From contig CP064995.1 of the NCBI GenBank assembly GCA_016700015.1, positions 600,001 through 632,000 of the forward strand: DNA of 32,000 nt, read 5' to 3'. The DNA is from Candidatus Saccharimonadota bacterium (lineage in GTDB: Bacteria > Patescibacteriota > Saccharimonadia > Saccharimonadales > Saccharimonadaceae). Shown here one piece after another: positions 8,102-17,610 of this stretch (the first letter of the stretch is position 1; each line of letters begins with the position of its first letter). The notes below the pieces were generated by a model that was not told the origin of the DNA, did not search any database, and saw only the letters and a program-made list of their open reading frames with translations. Made by a program: the position numbers and the translations under genes.

Positions 8102-9013
8102 CTACCAGCTCCCGCTACTACCGCCGCCGCTGAAACCACCGCCACCGAAACCACCGCCCGACCAGCCGCCGCCCGAACCATGTCCTATACTGCCACCACC
8201 GGCCCACCAAGAAGGTAGCGTACCGGCAGATTTGTGCTGCTGGTAATTACGCGAGACCGCAAAGTCGAACAATAGGCCAAACGGCACCAGAATAATGGTC
8301 GCAATAACCGCTAGCGGGTGCCACTGACTAGCAAACAGCGATATGAAGCCAATCACGCCGCCTATCACGCCACCAGCCCACCAACTTTTACTGCGGCCAA
8401 GTATCGAAGCGAGCCACATAAAGCCAAAGAGGACGAAAAATCCGAACGTTGATACGATATCCCACCAACTACCGTCTGCTTCTGACCTGGAAGCTAGCTT
8501 AGGATCAGCTTCCTTTGCAACTGCGAGCTGGATACTCCTCACGCCCTCACTTATACCGGTATAGTAATCACCGGAGCGGAAATATGGCCGTATAACACCC
8601 GTAATAATTCGTTTAGCTCGACTGTCGGTGAGGTCACCTTCAAGGCCCGTCCCGACTTCAATACGCACTAGTTTGTCTTGTTTGACAATCAGCAGCAGCA
8701 CGCCGTTATTGGTTTTATCACCAATCCCCCACGCTCGAGCCACTTTTAGTGAATACCCTTCGAGGTATTCATCTTGGCCAAGCGTCGGTATAAGGAGCAC
8801 TCCGACTTGGTATGATTTCTCCCCACGCCCATGTGTGATTTGCTGAGCGAGCTGATCAATCTGTTGTTCACTTAGTGTTGAGGTTTTATCAACAATCGGT
8901 CGCTCAAGTGTCGGCGCAGATGGTACTTCAAGTGCACGCGCCGGAAGCACTATGAGCAGTGCCGCACCCACCATGAGTGCAAGTGCGATGATACTGCGAG
9001 GCAATATTTTCAT
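8102..9013 (-). CDS. TPM-domain (YgcG-like) membrane protein with a Gly-rich C-terminal tail
   Basis: Signal peptide/TM ALALMVGAALLIVLPARA. The TPM-type domain contains VVDKTSTLS...QVGVLLIPTL...NNGVLLLIV...VRIEVGTGLEG. Three TM helices follow, then the tail GGGSIGHGSGGGWSGGGFGGGGFSGGGSSGSW. Confidence 0.8.
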   Translation of the reverse strand: MKILPRSIIALALMVGAALLIVLPARALEVPSAPTLERPIVDKTSTLSEQQIDQLAQQITHGRGEKSYQVGVLLIPTLGQDEYLEGYSLKVARAWGIGDKTNNGVLLLIVKQDKLVRIEVGTGLEGDLTDSRAKRIITGVIRPYFRSGDYYTGISEGVRSIQLAVAKEADPKLASRSEADGSWWDIVSTFGFFVLFGFMWLASILGRSKSWWAGGVIGGVIGFISLFASQWHPLAVIATIILVPFGLLFDFAVSRNYQQHKSAGTLPSWWAGGGSIGHGSGGGWSGGGFGGGGFSGGGSSGSW

Positions 9014-9026
9014 AGATTCCAGCTAA

Positions 9027-9626
9027 CTACTGTTGACTGAAATCGATGACAGGAGCTTTTTCGACGCCTTTTTCTGCTTCAAAATAGTTGCTCTTAGTAA
9101 AGCCAAATAGCCCAGCGACGATGTTGGTCGGAAAACGCTGAATCTGCGTGTTGTACGTACGAGCGACTTCGTTGTAATCAGTTCGCGCTACATTAACACG
9201 GTTCTCCGTACCCTCTACCTGCGCTAGCATATCTTGGTAGGCCTGCGTTGATTTGATATCAGGGTACTGCTCCACTGTAACAAGCAGTCGACTAAACGCG
9301 CTACTCATGTCGGTTTGGGCTGTCTGGTACTGTTGGATTTGCTCAGGGGTCGCCTTGCTGATATCGATTTGCGTGCTGGTTGCTTTTGCGCGGGCTTCGA
9401 CTACTTTCGTCAGAGTGTCTTGTTCAAAGTTCGAAGATCCCTTTACAACACCGATCGCTTGCTGCACAAGATCTGCTCGGCGCTGATACTGCGACTGGAG
9501 ATCACTGGCTGCCTTCGTCACCTTTTCGCGGGACGTAACGAGACTATTATAGGTGCCGCCAACCATCATCGCCAGCACAACTAAAACCGTTGCAACTATG
9601 CCTGGTACTAACCATTTATTTTTCAT
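9027..9626 (-). CDS. lemA: LemA family protein
   Basis: N-terminal TM helix. Conserved LemA pattern YNSLV...V..A.S.L.SQYQRRADLV...V..VKG...FE..TL..V..AR and ...RV.VAR.DYN..V..YN..I..FP.NIVA..FGF. An AAAGGAGAG Shine-Dalgarno precedes the gene. Confidence 0.9.
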   Translation of the reverse strand: MKNKWLVPGIVATVLVVLAMMVGGTYNSLVTSREKVTKAASDLQSQYQRRADLVQQAIGVVKGSSNFEQDTLTKVVEARAKATSTQIDISKATPEQIQQYQTAQTDMSSAFSRLLVTVEQYPDIKSTQAYQDMLAQVEGTENRVNVARTDYNEVARTYNTQIQRFPTNIVAGLFGFTKSNYFEAEKGVEKAPVIDFSQQ

Positions 9627-9687
9627 CTAACTCTCCTTTTGCTTATAATGTAAGTATACGTGCCGTACGGATACGATGCAATAGAGC

Positions 9688-10785
9688 CTACTGCGATTCA
9701 TTGTACATACTGTCAAGGTAAGCGTCGATAAACTCGCCGATTGCTCCGTCGAGAACATCTTGCACATTACGTGTTTCATACTTGGTGCGAGTATCCTTGA
9801 CCAAACTATAGGGGTGGAGAACATAATTGCGTATTTGCGCACCCCAGCTTGCCGACTCATTCGCTCGCAGGTCAGCCAGCGATTCAGTATGTTGCTCAAG
9901 CTGAAGTTGAGCCAGTCGGCCGCGAAGTATCTTCATGGCGGTCTCTTTGTTTTGAAGCTGGCTACGCTCGTTCTGAATTGCCACCACAATTCCCGAAGGA
10001 ACATGCGTCACCCGCACTGCGCTATCAGTCGTATTGACCGACTGGCCTCCGTGACCACCAGCGCGATACACGTCAATCTTGAGGTCTTTGTCATCAATAA
10101 CGACTTCTTCTGGTGCATTGATCTCAGGCATAACCTCAACAAGTGCAAAGCTTGTCTGACGGAGATTGTCTGAGTTAAACGGGCTCAGTCGAACAAGTCG
10201 ATGCACACCATGTTCACTGCGTAACTTACCGTAAGCATACGCTCCGCGCACCGCATAGGTAGCATTTTTGATGCCTGCTTCTTCGCCGGCCGACCGCTCG
10301 ATCTGTTCAACTTGCATTGATGAGCGTTCGGCCCAGCGCAGGTACATGCGTTCCAGCATCGCCGCCCAGTCTTGCGCATCAGTGCCGCCCGCCCCTGAAC
10401 TTAACTTAATAATTGCAGCATGACTATCATACTTACCGTTGAATAACAGGTCTTTCCTCAATTGCTTGTACAATACTTCCTGGTTGCTGAGTTGCTCGGA
10501 AATTTCAGTTTGCATCGAGTCGTCATCCATAGCAATAAGCTCGATACTGTCGCGTACCGCTACGCGTAGACCAACCCACTCATCAGTAGCAAGTCGTAGG
10601 TCAGCAGCCTTTCGTGCGATTTGTTGAGCACGATCGCTATCCTGCCATATACCCGGGCTTGCCAGCTTGTCATCAAGTACCGCTAGCTCTTCACACAAGG
10701 CATCAATTCTGAGCTTCTGACAAGCGGCCTGAATGAGCATCATCAGTTCGTCTGCTCGCTTCTTGAGTGGTTGCATATTATTCAT
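9688..10785 (-). CDS. prfB: Peptide chain release factor 2, encoded as one uninterrupted ORF
   Basis: SPF tripeptide in RLSPFNS and GGQ in AGGHGGQSVNTTDSAVRVTH. At 365 aa it is collinear with E. coli RF2 from the N-terminus, so no +1 frameshift site is present. Confidence 0.95.
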   Translation of the reverse strand: MNNMQPLKKRADELMMLIQAACQKLRIDALCEELAVLDDKLASPGIWQDSDRAQQIARKAADLRLATDEWVGLRVAVRDSIELIAMDDDSMQTEISEQLSNQEVLYKQLRKDLLFNGKYDSHAAIIKLSSGAGGTDAQDWAAMLERMYLRWAERSSMQVEQIERSAGEEAGIKNATYAVRGAYAYGKLRSEHGVHRLVRLSPFNSDNLRQTSFALVEVMPEINAPEEVVIDDKDLKIDVYRAGGHGGQSVNTTDSAVRVTHVPSGIVVAIQNERSQLQNKETAMKILRGRLAQLQLEQHTESLADLRANESASWGAQIRNYVLHPYSLVKDTRTKYETRNVQDVLDGAIGEFIDAYLDSMYNESQ

Positions 10786-10791
10786 TATAAT
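10763..10791 (+). promoter_or_regulatory. Near-consensus promoter of murI in a leaderless configuration
   Basis: TTGAGT (10763-10768), 17 nt, TATAAT (10786-10791), 7 nt, then ATG 10799. The whole promoter lies inside or abuts the divergent prfB 5' end (prfB ATG at 10785). Confidence 0.6.
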
Positions 10792-10798
10792 CTAATAG

Positions 10799-11446
10799 AT
10801 GAAAATTGGCGTATTTGATACCGGGATCGGCGGCGAGGCGGTAGCCCGTGACCTAAGGCAGCACTTTCCACAAGCGACCATCATCACGGTCAGTGATCGC
10901 GCTCATCTTCCCTATGGCTCCAAACCCGCTAAACAGATCATACGTCTAACCGACGCTGCGATCCAGCCGCTGCTCTTGGGAAGCTGCGATGTCATCGTCA
11001 TCGCCTGCAACACCGCTACGACTGTTGCGCTACCAATACTCCGCGAGCGTTACCCTTCCCAACTATTCATTGGCATTGAGCCAATGGTGAAAACCGCTGC
11101 AGAACTCACAAAACACCATTCCATCGCGGTATGCGCCACACCAGCAACTCTGCAAAGCGCTCGTTACCACTACCTGAAGCAACGGTTTGCCGCATCAATC
11201 GACGTGTGTGAGCCCGACTGCTCAAACTGGGCCGCAATGATAGAGGATAATGCGGTAAATGAACAGCAAATTAGATCTGCCGTCGAATTAGCTATCGCCA
11301 ATAAGGCTGATGTTATCGTGCTGGGCTGTACACACTATCACTGGATCAAAACATTGATCGAGTCAATTACTGGCGATACTATCATCGTACTCGAACCGAC
11401 CGATGCAATTGCGCGGCGCATTACGCAGCTGGTTGCCGATCAGTAG
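10799..11446 (+). CDS. murI: Glutamate racemase (compact, 215 aa)
   Basis: GVFDTGIGG, first catalytic Cys in VIACNTAT, second in VLGCTHYHW. Confidence 0.88.
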   Translation: MKIGVFDTGIGGEAVARDLRQHFPQATIITVSDRAHLPYGSKPAKQIIRLTDAAIQPLLLGSCDVIVIACNTATTVALPILRERYPSQLFIGIEPMVKTAAELTKHHSIAVCATPATLQSARYHYLKQRFAASIDVCEPDCSNWAAMIEDNAVNEQQIRSAVELAIANKADVIVLGCTHYHWIKTLIESITGDTIIVLEPTDAIARRITQLVADQ

Positions 11447-12314
11447 TCGGCTCTGCCTCGACAAGATATTTCCACCTATCAAGATGGCTGAGTCGACGTA
11501 CCAAGAATGGGTGGCTGCTAAAAGTCTGGGCAAACCGGTTCATTGGTCGCTCAGCGTTATATTGAAGCCATTGTCGTGCAGTCTCGTTCATTGCCTTCGC
11601 AACATCTGGCCCAACATGCACCTTAATGAGCGAGCCTTTAACTAGCTCTGTATCGGCCATATACATAAGTGCAAGTCGGTCGCATGTAAGCTCGGCTCGT
11701 CGCTGCCAGAATCCTGCAATCCATTGACCTACAACATTGAGCACGGGTACTACTAAAAACGGTGTGAGGTAAAGAGAAGCCATTGTGTGACCATATTTAA
11801 TGTGCCCCATCTCGTGCACCACTACTGTTTTGAGCTCTTCGTGTGTCAAATAGCGAATCGAACCGGAGTGCAGCACAATTGTATAGGGACGGATAAACCC
11901 AAACGCATAGGCGTTTATGTAGGGATCCTGTGTCACAAAAATCTCGACACGGGGCATTTCCAGATCGGCCGCCACGGTGTTGGCCCAGTCGCGCAGCCAC
12001 GCATAGTCGCTATATTCAATTTGTAGCGCATTGCCAAGCATAATTTGCCGCTGCATACGCACGAGGAACATACCAATTCCTAGTGTCGCTACAAATATAA
12101 ATAATGTCACAAATCCAAGCCCAATTAGCCCAAGAATAATGGACGATGCCGATTTTTCACTCGCTAGAAACTCCTCACTTGTAAAAAAGCTAACCAAGAA
12201 GTAGGCGTTTGATATCAATAAGAACACTACAAAAGTGACCGCAAGAACCATTAAATCGCTCGATGAGAATGCGCGCTTGACTGCCAATTGCCCTTTTGTA
12301 TAATTTGCTTCCAC
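11421..12314 (-). CDS. M48-family (HtpX/Ste24-like) membrane zinc metalloprotease
   Basis: Two N-terminal TM helices and HExxH in VVHEMGHIKYGH. The GTG start overlaps the murD stop by 1 nt (TAGTG). The 3' end overlaps the murI 3' end by 26 nt. Confidence 0.8.
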   Translation of the reverse strand: MEANYTKGQLAVKRAFSSSDLMVLAVTFVVFLLISNAYFLVSFFTSEEFLASEKSASSIILGLIGLGFVTLFIFVATLGIGMFLVRMQRQIMLGNALQIEYSDYAWLRDWANTVAADLEMPRVEIFVTQDPYINAYAFGFIRPYTIVLHSGSIRYLTHEELKTVVVHEMGHIKYGHTMASLYLTPFLVVPVLNVVGQWIAGFWQRRAELTCDRLALMYMADTELVKGSLIKVHVGPDVAKAMNETARQWLQYNAERPMNRFAQTFSSHPFLVRRLSHLDRWKYLVEAEPTTDRQPAA

Positions 12315-13597
12315 TACAGTGCCTCCACTGCCGCAGCAAACTGGTCACCGCGGTCACTATAACTTTTATATTGATCAAAACTTGCACTTGCCGGGCTGAG
12401 GATAACGACACCACCTGGTTGCGCCTCAGCACGAGCAGCTGCGACAACCTCGTCCATTCTGCCGACGACTCGACACGCTCGTACGCCCGCTTTTTCACAC
12501 AGTGCAGCAATTTTCTCGCCGTTTTGGCCAATCGCGACCACCGACGCACCCTGCCTATAACATTCTTGCACTACGGCATCGTAGCTGGCGCCTTTATCGA
12601 AACCACCCAGAATGACTACTTTTGGCGCATCGCCGAATGACCTAAGCGCTGAGATCGCTGAACCGGGGGTAGTGCCGATGCTGTCATCGTAGTAGGAAAT
12701 ATTTTCGACAACCCGAACATGCTTTAGACGATGGGGTAGCCCGCTAAATGCCCGTAGGCCCGCCTCAACGTGGTCTGTAGCGCCAAGTATCAGCGCGGCG
12801 ATACTAATCGCTGCGCAAGCGTTTTCTAGGTTGTGAACCCCGGCAATCTGTAGCGCACCCGTCGAGCAAATGAACCGGTCTTCGATATAAAATCCTTCGT
12901 CTCGCACATAGACCTGACCATCATCCATGATGCCGTAGCGCAACTTCTTTCCTTCGCCCACCGATGCTACCTGTCGGCTATCATCGTTTGTCGGATGGAA
13001 AAAGACAACATCGTTTGGCGTTTGAAACTTCGCAATTCCTGCCTTTGCCTCAAGATACTCGGTCATATCGCGATGAACATCAAGGTGGTCGGGTTCAATC
13101 ATTAGCACAACAGCCACGTGCGGACTTTGCTGTATATCCCACAGCTGAAAACTACTCAGCTCGTAGACAACAATATCATCAGACGTAATCAGTGAAAGCT
13201 GGCTAAGCGCAGGCGCACCGATATTGCCAACTAGGTGAACCGTTTTACCTGCCGCACGGAGGATCGAGGCGATCAGACTACAGGTAGTTCCCTTGCCCTT
13301 AGTGCCCGTCACACCAATAATCGGTGCCGGACAGTGCGCAAAAAATTCGTTGGTATTCGACCAAATTTTTCCATCTGTTTTTAGTGCATCGGGCCGCACC
13401 GATGAACTGCGCACCACCAGATCAAAGCCGTTGAGCTGGTCAAATGCATCATCGCCAACAATGGCATTAGCACCGTTGGGAAGTGGGAATTCAGAAGCTA
13501 CCCTAGGGGTGACAATGGTCACATCATGGCCAAGCTGGGTGAAATAGCGGTAGCTCGATTGGCCCTCAGCCCCGTACCATGCAATTGCAACCTTCAC
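12314..13597 (-). CDS. murD: UDP-N-acetylmuramoyl-L-alanine--D-glutamate ligase
   Basis: Mur ligase P-loop GVTGTKGKGTT, plus GNIG, ELSSFQL and EPDHLD. GTG start preceded by a G-rich Shine-Dalgarno. Confidence 0.88.
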   Translation of the reverse strand: MKVAIAWYGAEGQSSYRYFTQLGHDVTIVTPRVASEFPLPNGANAIVGDDAFDQLNGFDLVVRSSSVRPDALKTDGKIWSNTNEFFAHCPAPIIGVTGTKGKGTTCSLIASILRAAGKTVHLVGNIGAPALSQLSLITSDDIVVYELSSFQLWDIQQSPHVAVVLMIEPDHLDVHRDMTEYLEAKAGIAKFQTPNDVVFFHPTNDDSRQVASVGEGKKLRYGIMDDGQVYVRDEGFYIEDRFICSTGALQIAGVHNLENACAAISIAALILGATDHVEAGLRAFSGLPHRLKHVRVVENISYYDDSIGTTPGSAISALRSFGDAPKVVILGGFDKGASYDAVVQECYRQGASVVAIGQNGEKIAALCEKAGVRACRVVGRMDEVVAAARAEAQPGGVVILSPASASFDQYKSYSDRGDQFAAAVEAL

Positions 13598-13601
13598 TAC
13601 C

Positions 13602-14888
13602 CTACCCCCTGTTAAATACTGTTTCTAGTTTATCATTTAGCTGAACAATTTCTTCTTTCTCGCCACTACTCACCCCCGCAAGTACCCACGTGTTATGGGC
13701 AATAAATTCCCGAGCAGTCGCTAGCATTCTATCAAGCGTGATACCACGAATCGCGTCGGGGACCTTTTCATACTCTTTAACAACACCATCGCCGAAATAG
13801 CGCCCGCTGTAGAAGTTGCTGATTTGCGATACAGTCTGTGCGCCCATCTGATGGCGACCCAGTGCATATGATTTTGCAGCATCAAGTTCTTCAGTGGTGA
13901 TTTTACCGTCCATCACCGCTTTCACTTCGCGAACAATAATTTCGAATAGTCCTTCGGCCGTTTCAAGATTCACTTGACCACCAAAATCCCAGCTACTATC
14001 ATGAAAGCCGACACTAGTATCACTAAACATGCCGTAAGCCAAGCCTTTTTTACGAGCCGCACCGTAAATTCGTGAGTGCATTGTGCCAGTCAAAATCTGA
14101 TCCAAACAGCTCATAGCCTCGGCTTCTTCATCGGTCAATTCGCGTGGTAGCGTCATACTCCAACCAAAGGTCAGGTTGCTTGCTTCTTTGCGACGGATAA
14201 GCGTCGGATTACCGCTCGTGAGCTCATCCTTTGGCACCTCAAAACGCTCACCACGCGGCAGTTCCCATGCCTCAAGCATGCGCTGAATCTGCGCTTTACG
14301 CCCATGTAGTTTGCCGGCGATCACGAAACGCATATTGTCACTGGTGTGGGTACGCCTATGGTGTTCCCGCACATCTTTCAGCTGAACAGTGCCAATGGTT
14401 TGTAGCCGCTGCCAAAAGGTGTAGACATCCTCACCAAGCAGCTGTTGGATTTTTGGCCAGAGTACTCGGTTGTGATTGTTCAAATACCCTGTCAGCTCAC
14501 TTTTAACATTTCCCTTCTCGGCTTCAAGTTCGGTCTGATTAAATCGTGGTTCACAAATCGCGAGTCGTTGTAATTCGAGGATACGATCCCACTCAAAATC
14601 AGCGCAATCGGCCACATAAACCATCGACAAATCGCTTGTGTAGGCGTTGTGGTAGGCGCCGTTTTTTGTAAATTCTGCTTCGTAGGCATGCTCGCTGCGA
14701 TACTGAGAGTTAGCCCCAAAAGCCATATGCTCCATCAAGTGCGGTGTTTCATAAATATCCTTGGCTTTGGCATACCGATTACCAGCACGGAACTGAAACT
14801 GAAAACTCATCACTGTCGCGCCGGGGATATCAATCAAGAGACCCTGTGAGCCGTTTTTTAATCTAATCTCAGTGGTGGTGTGTTTCAT
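13602..14888 (-). CDS. M16-family (pitrilysin/insulinase-like) zinc peptidase
   Basis: Inverted zinc motif HxxEH in PHLMEHMAF. 428 aa, the typical two-lobe M16 length. Its ATG directly abuts the secA stop (TAGATG). Confidence 0.8.
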   Translation of the reverse strand: MKHTTTEIRLKNGSQGLLIDIPGATVMSFQFQFRAGNRYAKAKDIYETPHLMEHMAFGANSQYRSEHAYEAEFTKNGAYHNAYTSDLSMVYVADCADFEWDRILELQRLAICEPRFNQTELEAEKGNVKSELTGYLNNHNRVLWPKIQQLLGEDVYTFWQRLQTIGTVQLKDVREHHRRTHTSDNMRFVIAGKLHGRKAQIQRMLEAWELPRGERFEVPKDELTSGNPTLIRRKEASNLTFGWSMTLPRELTDEEAEAMSCLDQILTGTMHSRIYGAARKKGLAYGMFSDTSVGFHDSSWDFGGQVNLETAEGLFEIIVREVKAVMDGKITTEELDAAKSYALGRHQMGAQTVSQISNFYSGRYFGDGVVKEYEKVPDAIRGITLDRMLATAREFIAHNTWVLAGVSSGEKEEIVQLNDKLETVFNRG

Positions 14889-17516
14889 CTAATGTTTCTT
14901 CTTGCGATTTTGGCGCTGCGCCTTCTTCTTTTTGCGGGCTATGTTGCGCTGATGGTTTAGCTCAGTTGTTGATTTGCTCTTTTTAACACCATCGAAGTCT
15001 TCGTCGCGATTTAACTCGCCGCCTGTAATTTCATTGACGCCGCGCTCAACAGAATTCTCAGCAAGTTTTGTAAGCTCGGTATCGTGTTCATCATCGACCG
15101 CCTCGCGAGTAATAGCATCTGACTTGTGGACGTGATAAATCGCTCGTAGCACCTCGTCACGAAGGGTCTGCTGCAGACTATCGAACAGTTTTTGGGATTC
15201 GCTGCGGTATTCGACAAGTGGGTCGCGCTGACCAACACTGCGCCAGTGGATACCTTCACGCAAATGTTGCATATTCTCGAGATGCTGCATCCACAGTGTA
15301 TCAAGTATCTGTAAGTAGACCTCACGCTCAACACCACGAATCAGCTCTTCACCAAGTTCTTGCTCTTTTTGCGCGTAAAGCTCTTCTGCTGCGGCTAGCG
15401 CAGCTTCTCGCCGAGCCTTATCTTTCTTCTCGACACCGATTTCTTTTAGAACATTGTCTTTAACTGGAATCACTGCGCTAAATTCATCGGCAAATTTTGG
15501 ATTGTTCTTTGCTGGTACGACGGTAAGTTCCGCGATTTTTTGCTTAAGGAGTCGTTGAATTTCTGGCTGAATGTTGTCTCCATCGAGAATTTTGCGGCGC
15601 ATAGTATACACCACTTTACGGTGGCGGTTTATCACATTGTCGTACTGAACCACGTTTTTACGAGTGTCAAAGTTGTAGCCTTCGACCCGTTTTTGAGCAG
15701 CTTCAAGCGTCTTACTGACTGCTTTATTTTGAATAGCCGTATCTTCGTCAACACCGAGCCGATTCATGAGTCCGGCAATTCGTTCACCCTGAAAGATACG
15801 CATCAGGTCATCTTCAGTACTAACATAGAATTGCGTATCCCCCGGATCGCCCTGTCGCCCACCGCGTCCACGTAGCTGGTTATCGATTCGTCGGCTCTCG
15901 TGGCGCTCACTTCCTATCACCACCAATCCGCCAAGTTCTCTCACGCCAGCCCCAAGCTTGATATCAGTACCGCGACCAGCAATGTTAGTCGCAAGAGTAA
16001 TCGCACCTTTTTGACCAGCCTTTTCGATAATCGCTGCCTCGCGCTCATTGTTTTTGGCATTCAAAATTTCGTACTTGATGCCTTCTTTATCGAGCCAGGC
16101 CGCGATAAGTTCGTTTTTGGCGATACTGCCCGACCCCACCAGTACCGGCCGACCCTGCTTGTGGTAGGCCTTGATTGCTTCGGCTACAGCGTGCAACTTA
16201 CCTTTTTCGGTTTTATAAATCAGGTCTTCGTGGTCGACGCGAACAATTGGTTTATTCGATGGAACCACGACGACATCGAGACTATATATTTGCTGAAACT
16301 CTTCAGCCTCAGTAAAAGCTGTCCCTGTCATACCGCTTAGCTTCTTATAGAGTCGGAAATAGTTCTGAAAACTAATCGTCGCCAGTGTCATACTTTCTTG
16401 CAACACCGGGACGCCCTCTTTGGCTTCAATTGCTTGGTGAAGACCTTCGTTGTAGCGGTTACCCTGCTTGAGTCGTCCGGTGTGCTCGTCAACAATAATC
16501 ACCTCACCGCTATTTGTAACTACGTAGTCTTTGTCGCGATGAAACAGGGTTTGAGCCCTGAGAGCTTGGTCCACGTGATACACACTGCGTACATATTCCG
16601 GGGTGTATAAATTTTTTATACCAAGCATTTTTTGAACTTTTTCGACACCCACATCGCTCAGTGCAACACTACGACGCTTTTCGTCGAGTACATAGTCTTC
16701 TGGCACAAGCTTAGCGGCCACTTTTGCGAACTGATAGTAGGCATCGGGGTTCTCGGCCGCTGGCGCACTGATGATAAGTGGCGTCCGAGCTTCATCTATC
16801 AAGATCGAGTCAACTTCGTCAACAATAGCAAAGTTCAGTTCCCGCTGACGAACAAGATCAACTTCGTTCACCATATTATCGCGCAAATAATCAAAGCCAA
16901 ACTCATTGTTAGTACCATAGGTAATATCAGCCATATAGGCTTCTTTACGAGTCACAGGACGTAGCTTGCGCATACGAGCGTCAGTATGGTGATCATTGTC
17001 GTAGCTGCCGTCATAAACAAATGAAGCTTCGTTAATAATAACACCCGTCGAAATACCGAGCGCTTCATAAATAGCCCCCATCCACCCGGCATCGCGCTGA
17101 GCAAGGTAATCATTCACTGTCACAATATGCACGCCTTTGCCATCTAGAGCATTCAGGTACGCAGCGAGTGTCGACATGAGAGTTTTACCTTCACCGGTCT
17201 TGAGCTCGGCAACATTACCTTCATGAAGTACCATGCTACCGATCAATTGCACATCATAGTGCCGCTCGCCAATCACACGGTCAGCCATCTCCCGCACTAC
17301 CGCAAAGGCATCAGGCAGTATGCTGTCGAGTGTCACACCTTTCTTGGCAAGGCGCTTTTTCAACACGTCAGTCTGCTCACGCAGCTGCTTTTTGGTCATT
17401 TTTTTATATTTGTCTTCAAGCGCATTAACTTCGGTAACGCGTTTTTGTAGGCGTTTAACAATACGCTTTTGGGGGTCTCCAAAGATTTTTGTAAGAGCTG
17501 TGTCACGACTGACCAT
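14889..17516 (-). CDS. secA: Preprotein translocase ATPase SecA
   Basis: LKTGEGKTL (Walker A), DEVDSILIDEARTPLIIS, TNIAGRGTDIKLG, and a basic C-terminal tail. The track start at 17528 is a GTG. ATG 17516 (MVSRD) has a GAGGTG Shine-Dalgarno 9 nt upstream. Confidence 0.97.
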   Translation of the reverse strand: MVSRDTALTKIFGDPQKRIVKRLQKRVTEVNALEDKYKKMTKKQLREQTDVLKKRLAKKGVTLDSILPDAFAVVREMADRVIGERHYDVQLIGSMVLHEGNVAELKTGEGKTLMSTLAAYLNALDGKGVHIVTVNDYLAQRDAGWMGAIYEALGISTGVIINEASFVYDGSYDNDHHTDARMRKLRPVTRKEAYMADITYGTNNEFGFDYLRDNMVNEVDLVRQRELNFAIVDEVDSILIDEARTPLIISAPAAENPDAYYQFAKVAAKLVPEDYVLDEKRRSVALSDVGVEKVQKMLGIKNLYTPEYVRSVYHVDQALRAQTLFHRDKDYVVTNSGEVIIVDEHTGRLKQGNRYNEGLHQAIEAKEGVPVLQESMTLATISFQNYFRLYKKLSGMTGTAFTEAEEFQQIYSLDVVVVPSNKPIVRVDHEDLIYKTEKGKLHAVAEAIKAYHKQGRPVLVGSGSIAKNELIAAWLDKEGIKYEILNAKNNEREAAIIEKAGQKGAITLATNIAGRGTDIKLGAGVRELGGLVVIGSERHESRRIDNQLRGRGGRQGDPGDTQFYVSTEDDLMRIFQGERIAGLMNRLGVDEDTAIQNKAVSKTLEAAQKRVEGYNFDTRKNVVQYDNVINRHRKVVYTMRRKILDGDNIQPEIQRLLKQKIAELTVVPAKNNPKFADEFSAVIPVKDNVLKEIGVEKKDKARREAALAAAEELYAQKEQELGEELIRGVEREVYLQILDTLWMQHLENMQHLREGIHWRSVGQRDPLVEYRSESQKLFDSLQQTLRDEVLRAIYHVHKSDAITREAVDDEHDTELTKLAENSVERGVNEITGGELNRDEDFDGVKKSKSTTELNHQRNIARKKKKAQRQNRKKKH

Positions 17517-17610
17517 AAATATATACACCTCGCTTAGAAACTATCAGAAATACTGCTCGTTATTATACGCTGTTTAGGAGCGAGATAAAAGAGAAAATGG
17601 CGAGTTTATG

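Noticed and set aside
8102-8200. GCC/ACC-rich repetitive DNA (ccgccgcc / accaccgcc units) that might be taken for a tandem repeat or microsatellite
   Set aside because: It is the coding sequence of the Gly-rich C-terminal tail of the TPM protein (GGC/GGT codons on the minus strand). The units are irregular and it is not a spacer-repeat array. The same reasoning applies to the CAG/CAA run at 23785-23802, which encodes polyQ.
17517-17528. Upstream GTG starts offered by the ORF track for secA (17528) and the receiver gene (3855)
   Set aside because: For secA, the GTG lies inside the GAGGTG Shine-Dalgarno that serves ATG 17516. For the receiver, GTG 3855 sits 5 nt from the ctpA stop and would add a hydrophobic 14-aa extension not seen in CheY-like domains, so ATG 3813 (MDAVKKKILLVEDD) is preferred.
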